Of a stretch of 64,000 nt of DNA, positions 37,824 to 49,500 are shown piece after piece. Under the pieces are notes generated by a model. The model was not told the DNA's origin. It did no database searches and saw nothing but the letters and a program-made list of their open reading frames with translations. The position numbers and the translations under genes are program-made. This stretch comes from an uncultured Verrucomicrobiota bacterium (GTDB lineage: Bacteria > Verrucomicrobiota > Verrucomicrobiia > Limisphaerales > UBA9464): NCBI GenBank assembly GCA_903922605.1, contig CAIXUG010000070.1, forward strand, positions 22,407 to 86,406, read 5' to 3'. Each line of letters opens with the position of its first letter. Position 1 is the stretch's first letter.

Positions 37824-38456
37824 TCAGTCTTTCCGGATGAGACGCGCCTCGATCTGTTCGAAGCCGGCCTTGGTGAACACCAGTTTGTCGTACTTGAGCA
37901 GGTCGTAGGTGATGACGGACTTGCCAGTGGTGAGGGCCACGCCCTGAATGTTGCGCGAGGCGAGCTCCACGTTGCGGTTCTCACCGCCGACGAGGAAGAG
38001 CGACGTCTTGTCGGTCAGGTCGAGCTGCTGGAGCACCTTGACAAAGTCCTTCGTCTTGGACGCCGCCAGCTGGATGTCGTCAATGACGATGACATCGCCC
38101 GCCTTGATGCGTTCGCTCAGCGCGCGGCGCAAAGCCAGACGCTTGACCTTGATGTTGACCTTCTTGCTGAAGTCACGGGGCTGGGGACCGTGGGTGACAC
38201 CGCCGCCACGCCACAGGGGCGAGGCGAAGGAGCCTGCACGGGCGCGGCCGGTGCCCTTCTGGCGCCAGGGCTTTTTGCCGGAGCCGGCAACCTCGCCCAT
38301 GGTCTTGGTCGCGGCAGTGCCACGGCGGAGACCGGCGCGGTAGGCGACCACGGTGTCGTGGACGGCTTGCTGGCCCTTGTTGTCCTCGATGACCTCGAAC
38401 TGGATTTCGAGATCGCCGGCAGTCGCGCCGGCCAAAGTTTGAACTGGAAGTTTCAT
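37824..38456 (-). CDS. rplD: 50S ribosomal protein L4
   Basis: 210 aa, ..GSGKKPWRQKGTGRARAGS..PLWRGGGVTHGP.. Confidence 0.96.
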   Translation of the reverse strand: MKLPVQTLAGATAGDLEIQFEVIEDNKGQQAVHDTVVAYRAGLRRGTAATKTMGEVAGSGKKPWRQKGTGRARAGSFASPLWRGGGVTHGPQPRDFSKKVNIKVKRLALRRALSERIKAGDVIVIDDIQLAASKTKDFVKVLQQLDLTDKTSLFLVGGENRNVELASRNIQGVALTTGKSVITYDLLKYDKLVFTKAGFEQIEARLIRKD

Positions 38457-38470
38457 GGATCAGTCCCTCG

Positions 38471-39217
38471 TTACTTCTTCTTGGCCGCAGCCTTCTTCTC
38501 GTCTTTTTTCGCACCACCGCTGGCGGCGGTGTCCTTTGCCTTCTGGCGGACTGCCAAGATGTGCTTGAAGCGGTCGGAGTCGATCCCGATCTTCTTGGAC
38601 TCGCGGACGACGCAGTAGTCGCCTTCGCTGCCCGGGAAGCTGCCGCGGATCAGGAGGACGTTGTCCTCGGGGCGGACTTGGACGACCTCAAGATTCTGGG
38701 CGGTGCGCTGCACCTGGCCCATGTGACCGGGCATCTTCATGCCGCGCATGACGGTGCCGGGGAAGAGGCGCTGACCGATGGCGCCGGACCGGCGATGCCA
38801 GCCCTTCGCACCGTGGGTCATGTCGCCACCGGCGAAATTGTGACGCTTGACGACGCCTTCGAAGCCGCGGCCCTTGGTGGTGCCGATGCAATCGACGAAC
38901 TGGCCGACCGCAAAGAGGTCCGCGCCGACGATGTCGCCGGGCTTGACCGCCTTGGTGAAGTCGCGGAATTCGCGGATGCGCTTCACGGCGACGCCGTTGT
39001 GCTTCTTGATGTGACCGAGCAGCGGCTTCGTCAGGCGCTGTTCCTTCTGGTCATCGAAGCCCATCTGGACGGCGTTGTAGCCATCCTTGCCGTCCTTCGA
39101 TTTGACCTGAAGGACGCGATTGGGGCCGACGAGCACGACCGTCACGGGGGTCATCACACCGTTCGCGTCATAAACGCGGGTATGACCCAGCTTTTTACCG
39201 ATAAGAGCGAGAGGCAT
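38471..39217 (-). CDS. rplC: 50S ribosomal protein L3 (Lys/Ala-rich C-terminal tail)
   Basis: MPLALIGKKLGHTRVYD..TKGRGFEGVVKRHNF..GAIGQRLFPG.. Confidence 0.96.
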   Translation of the reverse strand: MPLALIGKKLGHTRVYDANGVMTPVTVVLVGPNRVLQVKSKDGKDGYNAVQMGFDDQKEQRLTKPLLGHIKKHNGVAVKRIREFRDFTKAVKPGDIVGADLFAVGQFVDCIGTTKGRGFEGVVKRHNFAGGDMTHGAKGWHRRSGAIGQRLFPGTVMRGMKMPGHMGQVQRTAQNLEVVQVRPEDNVLLIRGSFPGSEGDYCVVRESKKIGIDSDRFKHILAVRQKAKDTAASGGAKKDEKKAAAKKK

Positions 39218-39228
39218 GGTCTGGTGGA

Positions 39229-39537
39229 CTAGATTTTGATGGTGATGTCCACACCGGCCGGCAGGTTGAGCTTCTTGAGCTCGTCCACGGTCTTGGCGGT
39301 GGGGTCGAGGATGTCCAGGAGGCGCTTGTGAGTGCGCTGCTCGAAGGATTCCATCGATTTTTTATCCACGTGCGGCGAGCGGTGCACAGTGACGCGCTCG
39401 ATTTTGGTGGGAAGCGGAATTGGGCCGGCGACACGGGCTCCGGAGCGTTTGACGGTCTCCACGATTTCACTCGCGGAAGCGTCAATCACCCGGTGGTCAT
39501 AGGCCTTCAATCGGATGCGGATGCGTTGTCCAGCCAT
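39229..39537 (-). CDS. rpsJ: 30S ribosomal protein S10
   Basis: [48 protein letters not shown]. Confidence 0.97.
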   Translation of the reverse strand: MAGQRIRIRLKAYDHRVIDASASEIVETVKRSGARVAGPIPLPTKIERVTVHRSPHVDKKSMESFEQRTHKRLLDILDPTAKTVDELKKLNLPAGVDITIKI

Positions 39538-39575
39538 ACAAAGAACAGGTTGAAGTTTATGGTTTCGACGGAAAG

Positions 39576-41801
39576 TTAGCTGCGGGCGGCGGGCTTCTTC
39601 TTGGCCGCGTCGAGCACGGTGGTCAGCACGCTGTTGGGCACCTGCTGGAAGTTCTGCGGCTCCATGCTGTAGGAGGCGCGGCCCTTCGACAAGGAACGGA
39701 TCGCGGTGGCGTAGCCGAACATTTCGGCCAGCGGCACCTGCGCGTTAAGGACGGTCTGGCCGTTCTTGGCATCCACGCCGTGGATGACACCGCGACGGCG
39801 GTTCACGTCACCGAGCAGATCGCCCTGATATTCATCGGGCGTGGTGACTTCGACCTTCATGATCGGTTCCAGCAGGATGGGACCGGCCTTTTCGAAGGCG
39901 TCCTTGAGGGCAAAGATGCCCGCCATCTTGAAGGCCAGTTCGTTCGAGTCGACCTCGTGGAACGAGCCGTCCGTGATCTCGACCTTGATGTCGATGACCT
40001 GATAGCCGGCGTAAACGCCCGACTTGATGGCCTCACGGATGCCGTTTTCGACGGCCGGAATGTATTCGCGGGGAATGGAACCGCCCACGATGCCGTTGAT
40101 GACCTCGACACCCTTGCCCAGTTCATTGGGCTCGACCTTGACGCAGGCATGGCCGTACTGGCCGCGACCACCGGACTGGCGGATGAACTTGCCCTCGCCC
40201 TCGGCGGGCTTGGTGATCGTCTCGCGGTAGGCGATTTGCGGCGCACCGGCATCGGCCTCGACCTTGAACTCGCGCTTCAGACGGTCGCGGATGATCTCCA
40301 GGTGGAGTTCGCCCATGCCCGCGATGATGAGCTGACCGGTTTCCTCGTTCGTGAAAACGTGGAAGGTCGGATCCTCTTCGGAAAGGCGCTGCAGACCCTC
40401 GGACATCTTGTCGCGGTCCTGCTTGGTCTTCGGCTCGATGGCCATGCTGATGACCGGCTCGGGGAAGGTCGGCGGCTCGAGCGTGATGTCGAAGTCCTCG
40501 TTGCAGAGCGTGTCGCCCGTGGTGATGTTACGCAGGCCGACGAGCGCGGCGATGTCGCCGGAATACACCTCGTTGATGTCCTTGCGCTCACTGCCCTGGA
40601 TGACCATCAGGCGGCTGACGCGTTCGCGCTTGCGGGTGCGCGGATTGTAAATGTTGTCGCCCTTCTTGAGCTGACCGGAGTACACGCGGAAGAACACCAG
40701 CTTGCCGGCGTACGGGTCGGTCCAGAGCTTGAACGCCAGCGAGCAGAACTTCTTGTTGTCGTCCGTCGGGACATCAATCTTCACTTCCGTGCCGATCTCA
40801 TGGCCGGTCGCCGGCGGGATGTCGAGGGGCGAGGGGAGATAATCCACCACCGCGTCCACGAGTACCTGCACGCCCTTCTTCTTGAAGGCGGAACCGCAAA
40901 GCACCGGGACGAGCTCGATCTTGCAGGTCAGGCGGCGGATGGCCGCCTTCAGTGTCGGCGCGTCGATAGGCTTCTCATCGAGAACCATCTCGGCGATCGT
41001 GTCGTCCTTGTTGGAAACGGCATCGATCAGCTCCGCGAGCGCGGCTTTCGCGCGTTCCTGATGCTGGGCAGGAATGTCGCTGACCTCGTAATTCAACCCT
41101 TCATTGGCCTCGCCCGGGCCCCACATCACGATCTTCTGGTTGACCACGTCGATCACGCCCTCAAAGCCGCCTTCGATGGGCTTGTTATCAGCCTCGGTCG
41201 GGCCGGCGCCCATGGGCAGGAAAATCGGAAAGGCATACGCACGGAGTTTCGTGCGCATGTCGTTGAGCGCATTTTCGAAATTCGCGCCAATGCGGTCCAT
41301 CTTGTTGACGAACGCGATGCGCGGAACGTGATATTTGGTCGCCTGCCGCCAGACGGTTTCCGATTGCGGCTGCACACCGGCGACGCCGCAGAAGACGGCG
41401 ACCGCGCCGTCCAGCACGCGCATGGAGCGTTCCACCTCGGCCGTGAAATCAACGTGTCCCGGGGTGTCAATGATGTTGACCCGCATCGGAATGTTGTTGA
41501 ACGCCTTGAAGATTTTGTCCTCACCCGGTTTGATGGATTTTTGCGTCCAGAAACAGGTGACAGCGGCCGACGTGATCGTGATGCCGCGTTCCTTTTCCTG
41601 CTCCATCCAGTCCGTGACCGTGTTGCCGTCATCGACGTCACCGATCTTGTGGATCAGGCCGGTGTAGAAGAGGATACGCTCGGTCGTCGTCGTCTTGCCG
41701 GCATCAATGTGGGCCGCGATACCGATATTGCGCGTGCGCTCCAGCGAAAATTGCCGGTTCGGCGAATTCACTGTGGTATTGATTGCAGCTGCGTCACTCA
41801 T
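39576..41801 (-). CDS. fusA: elongation factor G
   Basis: 741 aa. [29 protein letters not shown]-domain motifs and full domains II-V. Longer than the ~700 aa I expect for EF-G, with extra residues in the G-prime region. Confidence 0.97.
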   Translation of the reverse strand: MSDAAAINTTVNSPNRQFSLERTRNIGIAAHIDAGKTTTTERILFYTGLIHKIGDVDDGNTVTDWMEQEKERGITITSAAVTCFWTQKSIKPGEDKIFKAFNNIPMRVNIIDTPGHVDFTAEVERSMRVLDGAVAVFCGVAGVQPQSETVWRQATKYHVPRIAFVNKMDRIGANFENALNDMRTKLRAYAFPIFLPMGAGPTEADNKPIEGGFEGVIDVVNQKIVMWGPGEANEGLNYEVSDIPAQHQERAKAALAELIDAVSNKDDTIAEMVLDEKPIDAPTLKAAIRRLTCKIELVPVLCGSAFKKKGVQVLVDAVVDYLPSPLDIPPATGHEIGTEVKIDVPTDDNKKFCSLAFKLWTDPYAGKLVFFRVYSGQLKKGDNIYNPRTRKRERVSRLMVIQGSERKDINEVYSGDIAALVGLRNITTGDTLCNEDFDITLEPPTFPEPVISMAIEPKTKQDRDKMSEGLQRLSEEDPTFHVFTNEETGQLIIAGMGELHLEIIRDRLKREFKVEADAGAPQIAYRETITKPAEGEGKFIRQSGGRGQYGHACVKVEPNELGKGVEVINGIVGGSIPREYIPAVENGIREAIKSGVYAGYQVIDIKVEITDGSFHEVDSNELAFKMAGIFALKDAFEKAGPILLEPIMKVEVTTPDEYQGDLLGDVNRRRGVIHGVDAKNGQTVLNAQVPLAEMFGYATAIRSLSKGRASYSMEPQNFQQVPNSVLTTVLDAAKKKPAARS

Positions 41802-41885
41802 GTTCTCGGTCAGGAAAAGCTTTGTTCGTGGGGAAGAAAAACGCCCCGGGTTGCCCGCGGGGCGCGATGATGGTCGACTTTAGGA

Positions 41886-42359
41886 CTACCAGCGGAAATG
41901 CGCAAACGCCTTGTTGGCCTGCGCCATCTTGTGAACGTCATCCCGCTTGCGGATCGCCCCACCCTGGCCCTGATAGGCTTCCATCAGTTCCGAGGCGAGC
42001 GCCTGCTGCATGGGCACACCCTTGCGGGCATCGGCAAAGTCAACGATCCAGCGCATGGCCAGGGCGGTCTGGCGTTCGCCGGGGATTTCCATCGGGACCT
42101 GGTAGGTGGCACCACCGACGCGGCGGGGCTTGGTCTCGATGCGCGGCTTGGCGTTCTCAATCGAGCGCTGAAGAATTTCCAGCGAGTTCACGCCGGGGTT
42201 CTTCTCGGCAAGGGTGTCGAGCGCGCCGTAAACGATGCGCTGGGCCACATTCTTCTTGCCGCTCCGCATGATCACGTTGACCAGACGGCCAACGAGCAGG
42301 CTGTTAAACTTGGCGTCCGCAGTGACGGACCGCTTGATCGCTTGACGACGACGAGACAT
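41886..42359 (-). CDS. rpsG: 30S ribosomal protein S7
   Basis: MSRRRQAIKR....DAKFNS.LV.RLVN.IM..GKK..A..IVY.A.. Confidence 0.97.
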   Translation of the reverse strand: MSRRRQAIKRSVTADAKFNSLLVGRLVNVIMRSGKKNVAQRIVYGALDTLAEKNPGVNSLEILQRSIENAKPRIETKPRRVGGATYQVPMEIPGERQTALAMRWIVDFADARKGVPMQQALASELMEAYQGQGGAIRKRDDVHKMAQANKAFAHFRW

Positions 42360-42389
42360 ACAAAGAACAGATTCGGGACTGAAAATTGT

Positions 42390-42803
42390 TTACTTGCCGG
42401 CAGGCTTGGCACCGGCGGCACCGGCCTTGGCGGCCTTCGGGCGCTTGACGCCGTACTTCGAACGGCTGACGCGGCGCTTCTCGACACCGGCGGCGTCGAG
42501 CGTGCCACGGACGATGTGATAGCGCACACCGGGAAGATCCTTCACACGGCCACCGCGCACGAGCACGATCGAGTGCTCCTGGAGGTTGTGACCCTCGTCA
42601 GGAATGTACGCGATCACCTCGTAGCCGTTGGTCAGGCGCACCTTGGCGACCTTACGCATGGCGGAGTTCGGCTTCTTCGGCGTGCGGGTCATGACCTGCA
42701 GGCAGACGCCACGGCGGAAAGGAGCATTCTCCAACGCGGGAGACTTGCTCTTGAACTTGACCTTCGTGCGGCCCTTGCGGACCAACTGGTTAATCGTGGG
42801 CAT
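42390..42803 (-). CDS. rpsL: 30S ribosomal protein S12 (short Ala/Lys C-terminal extension)
   Basis: [65 protein letters not shown]. Confidence 0.97.
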   Translation of the reverse strand: MPTINQLVRKGRTKVKFKSKSPALENAPFRRGVCLQVMTRTPKKPNSAMRKVAKVRLTNGYEVIAYIPDEGHNLQEHSIVLVRGGRVKDLPGVRYHIVRGTLDAAGVEKRRVSRSKYGVKRPKAAKAGAAGAKPAGK

Positions 42804-42964
42804 TGCGGCCTAAAGTGTAATGCGCCATCCCCCCAGGGACGGCAACGGGAGCGCAGAAAGTATCAACCGGCAGCTTCGGTGCAATACGTTTTTTGGTTTT
42901 TTTCCGCACCCCCCGTGGAATGCCGCCCGACAGCATGCTTTACGCACGTTCGGCCGCCGGGTAG

Positions 42965-43648
<684 letters not shown>

Positions 43649-43680
43649 TTGCCGCGCGTCGCTTCAGCAACCCATTGTCA

Positions 43681-43712
43681 AACCGCCCGATGCAAATCGG
43701 GCGGTTTGTTTT
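43681..43712 (+). terminator. intrinsic terminator after the aquaporin gene
   Basis: AACCGCCCGA-tgcaaa-TCGGGCGGTT followed by TGTTTT. Confidence 0.8.
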
Positions 43713-43720
43713 ATGGGCGC

Positions 43721-43869
43721 CTATAGCGCGGAGCGTCCTGGTGCGCCGGTGCGCCGGCGCTTTGCACAGGCGCATGCGTCCTTGCCTATGGGCACTCCGA
43801 TCCCACTCGTTGCCCCCGACCAAAGCGGCGCAGCAGCGCCGCACTCCAGGACGCTTCGCGACTCCGCTA
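43721..43869. repeat. possible short inverted-repeat element (GAGCGTCCTGG / CCAGGACGCTT arms)
   Basis: Arms at 43731-43741 and 43846-43856 match 10/11 as reverse complements. The CTATAGCGCGG start resembles the CTATAGGGACGG start of the 7801-7835 repeat. Single copy in the window. Confidence 0.35.
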
Positions 43870-43881
43870 CCTGCTTCATCC

Positions 43882-45327
<1,446 letters not shown>

Positions 45328-45352
45328 GGGGCTTGGCAGATTTGAAATTAAC

Positions 45353-45760
45353 TCAGAAAGATGGCGGAAACAATCCGCAGGCGATCAGTTCCCGCCGCAC
45401 GGCCACCAAGTCCGGCTCATTGATCCGCAGGACGTGAATGGTTGACCGGGCGATGACGGTAAGTCCCACCAGCCGAGCTCCGTGCCAGCGAAAATGTTCG
45501 GACCAGGTATCGCGCCGTGGATGAAATAGCCGGCTAATCTCACCGGTGCGCGGATCGATCCCTGCCAAATTAGGCCCTTTGTAGCCATTGTAATACAAAC
45601 AGGACAGCGCGAGATTGCTGCGCTGGCTCTGACCCCCATGCTTCTCCGGAATAATGTGGTCGATCTGGTGGGGAAAGGCGGACAGCTCCGCCGGGAACCG
45701 GCAATATTCGCAACATTGATGCGCCCGGCGACTGACGAAGGCTCTGAGGCGCGCATCCAT
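45353..45760 (-). CDS. small stand-alone HNH endonuclease
   Basis: 135 aa. CEYCRFP..HQIDHIIPEKHGG..SNLALSCLYYNGYKGPN (HNH/His-Me finger with Cys pairs). Confidence 0.88.
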   Translation of the reverse strand: MDARLRAFVSRRAHQCCEYCRFPAELSAFPHQIDHIIPEKHGGQSQRSNLALSCLYYNGYKGPNLAGIDPRTGEISRLFHPRRDTWSEHFRWHGARLVGLTVIARSTIHVLRINEPDLVAVRRELIACGLFPPSF

Positions 45761-45766
45761 GCCGCT

Positions 45767-46057
45767 TCAGGCCGGGGCATTCGCTCGCTGTATCGACCGG
45801 CGTGCCTTGGCCTGGAGCAGCTCCAGCAGCCGGCCTGCCCGGCGGTAGGCCGCCAACTGATCGGCCTCGCCCGGCGACAGCTCGCCACTCACCGCCCGGC
45901 GCGTCAGCGCCTCAGCCCGACGAATGTCGCGGGGTGCAAGTTTCACCCGCAACCAACCCTGGGCCACGGCGACGGGCAAGTCGCCGGATCGCGGCTTGAT
46001 TGCGCGTGACCAGATGCCTTCTTCAATGGCCACAGTGGTAGCAGCGTTCATGGACAT
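45767..46057 (-). CDS. hypothetical protein co-oriented with the HNH gene (6-nt gap)
   Basis: 96-aa ORF, Arg/Ala-rich helical C-terminal half (AEALTRRAVSGELSPGEADQLAAYRRAGRLLELLQAKARRS). I recognise no family. Confidence 0.55.
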   Translation of the reverse strand: MSMNAATTVAIEEGIWSRAIKPRSGDLPVAVAQGWLRVKLAPRDIRRAEALTRRAVSGELSPGEADQLAAYRRAGRLLELLQAKARRSIQRANAPA

Positions 46058-46060
46058 GAA

Positions 46061-46159
46061 TTAACGCGATTGCGGCACAGATTCAAGAGGGCGCATGGCC
46101 GAGCGCGTGAGGAACGTGCGGCGGTTGTGGATTTTGGCGAATTCGGATTCGGCGAACAT
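46061..46159 (-). pseudogene. orphan duplicate of the first ~21 codons of a DUF1501 gene
   Basis: ATG 46159.. encodes MFAESEFAKIHNRRTFLTRSA, then unrelated residues and a stop (32 aa). 46098-46159 matches 45266-45327 (start of the intact DUF1501 gene) at 56/62 nt. Confidence 0.8.
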
Positions 46160-46187
46160 AAAACAGGGTAATCTCCGCTTTACGGAC

Positions 46188-46556
46188 TCACGTTTGCTGA
46201 AGCGCGCGGCTCGGCATATTCCGAATTTTTGCCAGTTGTCTCGCTTCGCTTAGGTCCTTGGGCCTCTTTTGAACCCGGACAAACTCCCGTGCCTCTGAAA
46301 GCGTGCTCGGGTACGGGCCGACATCCTTGTGAAATAGAAAGCCGCTGCGCACCAACAGCTCCGCCTTGAGCCATTGATCCTTGTTTTGACGAGACGACGG
46401 TCGAAACTCATCACCAGTCCAATGAAGGTCCGCTCCGCATTCGGAACACCGGTAAACGGGCGGCGTCCATAACCAATCTTTCGACAGAGCAACCTTCCAA
46501 TTTATGCCTGAAGACTTTTGGAAAGTCTTACGACAGTTAAAACACGCAAATTTCAT
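46188..46556 (-). CDS. hypothetical zinc-ribbon protein (low GC)
   Basis: 122 aa. CFNC(6-9)..CSEC(37-40) cysteine pairs. GC counted at 32% and 53% in two 60-nt samples. Confidence 0.6.
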   Translation of the reverse strand: MKFACFNCRKTFQKSSGINWKVALSKDWLWTPPVYRCSECGADLHWTGDEFRPSSRQNKDQWLKAELLVRSGFLFHKDVGPYPSTLSEAREFVRVQKRPKDLSEARQLAKIRNMPSRALQQT

Positions 46557-46573
46557 ATTTCTGGCTCACTCGT

Positions 46574-49500
46574 TCATCCCTTCGTGATCACCTCGTCCAA
46601 GTTCAGCAGCACGTTGCCCACCGCCGTCCACGCGGCTAGCACGGCGGATTCGACCTGCGCGGGCCGCGCGCTTTCGCCGACGGCGGTCAACTTGGCGGCG
46701 GCTTCTGGATTGGCGGAGTAGTTCGCCAACTGCTGCCGATAGATGCGCTCCAGCAGCTTCAGCTCCTCGGCCCGAGGCGGGCGCGCGAGCACGAGGCGGA
46801 AGACGTAGTCGAGCTGCCCCTTCAACTCGCCCGGGGCCTCACGCAACACGCGCTGCGCCAGGCCGCGTGCGGCCTCGACGTATTGCGGGTCGTTCATGAG
46901 CACCAACGCTTGCAGCGGCGTGCTCGTGCGGGGGCGCGTGACGGTGCAGACCTCGCGGCTGGGCGCGTCGAAGGTGGTCAGCTCCGGGTGCGGCAGCGAG
47001 CGCTTCCAGTACACGTAGAGGCCGCGCCGGTAGAGGCTCGGGCCGTGGCTCGGTTCGTAGCTCTGCGAGCTGAAGCCGTTGCCGAAGCCGATCGCCTCCC
47101 ACAGCCCAGGCGGCTGGTATGGCTTCACGCTCGGGCCGCCGATTGTGCGGTCGAGCAGCCCGGCAGCCGATAACGCCTGGTCGCGCAGGAATTCCGCATC
47201 CAGCCGGAAACGTGGTCCGCGCGTCAGCAGGCGGTTGTAGGGGTCCAGCTCCAGCTTCGTCGGGGTGACCACACTGCGCTGCCGATACGCCTCGGAGGTG
47301 ACCAGCAGCCGCACCATCGCCTTGATGTTCCATGGCTGGCCGCGTGCGCCTGCCGGCGTGGCGAGGCCATGGCTGAAGCCGTAGGCCAGCCAGTCCAGCA
47401 GCTCAGGATGGCTGGGCCGATCGCCCTGGTTGCCGAAATCATTGGCCGTCTTCACCAGCCCCGTGCCGAAGAAGAGCTGCCAGAGGCGGTTCACGGTGAC
47501 GCGCGCGGTCAGCGGGTGGTTGGGGTCCACCAGCCAGTTTGCCAGATCCAGGCGGGTGGCGCGGGCAGGATTCGCGGGGTGCAGCGGCGGCAGGAATTTC
47601 GGCGTGCCCGGCAGCAGCTTCTCGCCCTTCTGCTGGAAGCTGCCCCGGATGAGCTGGAACGTGTCACGCGGCTGCTCCAGCTCGGCCATGACCATCGTGT
47701 CGGGCAACGCGGCCTCGAACTTCGTGAGCGCCTCTCGTTCGCCGGAAAGCTTGGTCGCCAATGCCTTGACCTCCGGCGAACGGCTTTCGAGGAAATGCCG
47801 CGTCAGCCGCTTCTGCTCATCCGCCGACGCCTTCTCCACCGGTCGGAACAGCACGCCACGCACCTCGTCTGACAACCCGGCAAAGTCGCCGAGCCGATCA
47901 TCGGCGCTGACCGCCAGCCGGAAGTGTCCCAGAGTGTGCTGCGGGAAACCGGACTCAAATTTCAACCGGAGCTTCAGCCGCGTGCCGCTGGCAAAACCAA
48001 ACGGCTGCGCCGCAACGAGGATCACCTGATGATCCTGGAGGTGGGCCGGATTGTGCCCCTCCACCGCCCAGCCCGTGTCGGGCTTGTCGTCGATCAGGTT
48101 CGTGGGCGGAAAATCCTTCTGGCTGAAGTCGGCAAACGCAGTCGCGAATTTCACCGGATGGCTCAGGACCGGCTCGTCGATCAGCCGGAAGTAAAAGGCG
48201 TAGCCGCCACCGCCGTTGTTGATCTTGAGCAGCACCCGGTTCTCACCCGCCTTGAGCGGGAGCAACACCGATTCCTGGTCGGGCGCAGCCGCCCGCGAGG
48301 CGTTGTTCGCGAGCAACTGCCGGCCGTTCAGCCAGACGCGAATGCCATCATCGCTGCCCAGCGACAGCCGCATGAGCTGCGCGCGTGGGACGGTGATGGT
48401 ACGCGTCACATAGGTGGCGGAGTTGTCACCGGTGAGCGGAATGATCTCGGCTTCCTTCCACGCCGGCTGCTCTTGCCAACCCAGCTTCCCGTCGTCGTAT
48501 TTCTTCGCCAGATCGACCGCGGCCTCGTCGATGAAGGCGCGGTTGAAGGCGTCGTTGGCATCGGCCGCCTTGAAGGAGCCGAGCGAATACCAGTGGCCGA
48601 GCACGGCCGGCTCCAGTTTGGGCTCCTTGGCCGGATCCGCCGCCTCGGCAATCGCCTCGAAACCGGTCATCACGAAATTGCCATTGTCGCTCCGGGCGAA
48701 GGCCTTCGCGGTCATGGTCTCGTGCGGCAGCGCCTCGAGGCGTATAGCGGTCATTTCCTCGGCAAGCGTGGTGAGCGTTACCTCGTAGGTGTCCTTGGCG
48801 GCGTTGGTTCCAGAAACGAGCACGGACTGATCCGGCTGCGTTGTCAGTGTGGCCCCGCCAGACGACTTCGCCCCATCAGGCGCGAGGGTTTTCCAGCCCA
48901 TGTCCAAGCCAGTGCGCAGGGACTTTTCCCACGCGGCCTGTTCGGCTGCCTCGGCGGAAGAAGGCGAATTCACCCGCTGCCCATAGTCCTGATCCAGCGT
49001 CGCAATCGTCGCTTTGCGCCGCTCCATCTCGGCCTGCTGCTCCGGTGACGGCACCTTGATGCTGGGCACCGGGTTCGAGGTGTTCCCGTCCAGCCCCTGC
49101 TCCTTGATCGTGTTGAAGAAGGCGTAGAACTGATAGAATTCGCGGGTCGAGACCGGGTCGAACTTGTGATCGTGGCATTCGGCGCAGCCGACCGTGAGGC
49201 CGAGCCAGGTCACGCCCGTCGTGCTCACCCGGTCCACGACATACTTTGTGAGGTACTCCTCCGGGTCGGCGCCGCCCTCGAAGTTGACCATTGTGTTGCG
49301 GTTGAAGCCGGTGGCCACGCGCTGCTGCAGCGTCGCGCCGGGCAGCAGGTCGCCCGCGAGCTGCTCCACGGTGAAGCGGTCGAACGGCATATTGCGGTTG
49401 AAGGCGCGGATCACCCATTCGCGCCACAGCCAGATCTCGCGGTTGTTGTCGATATGGTAGCCGTTGGTGTCGGCGTAGCGGGCGAGATCAAGCCACCACT

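Noticed and set aside
39780-41870. 696-aa plus-strand ORF
   Set aside because: It is antisense to fusA (EF-G), whose identity is unambiguous. The product is low-complexity Asp/Arg/Gly/Leu-rich.
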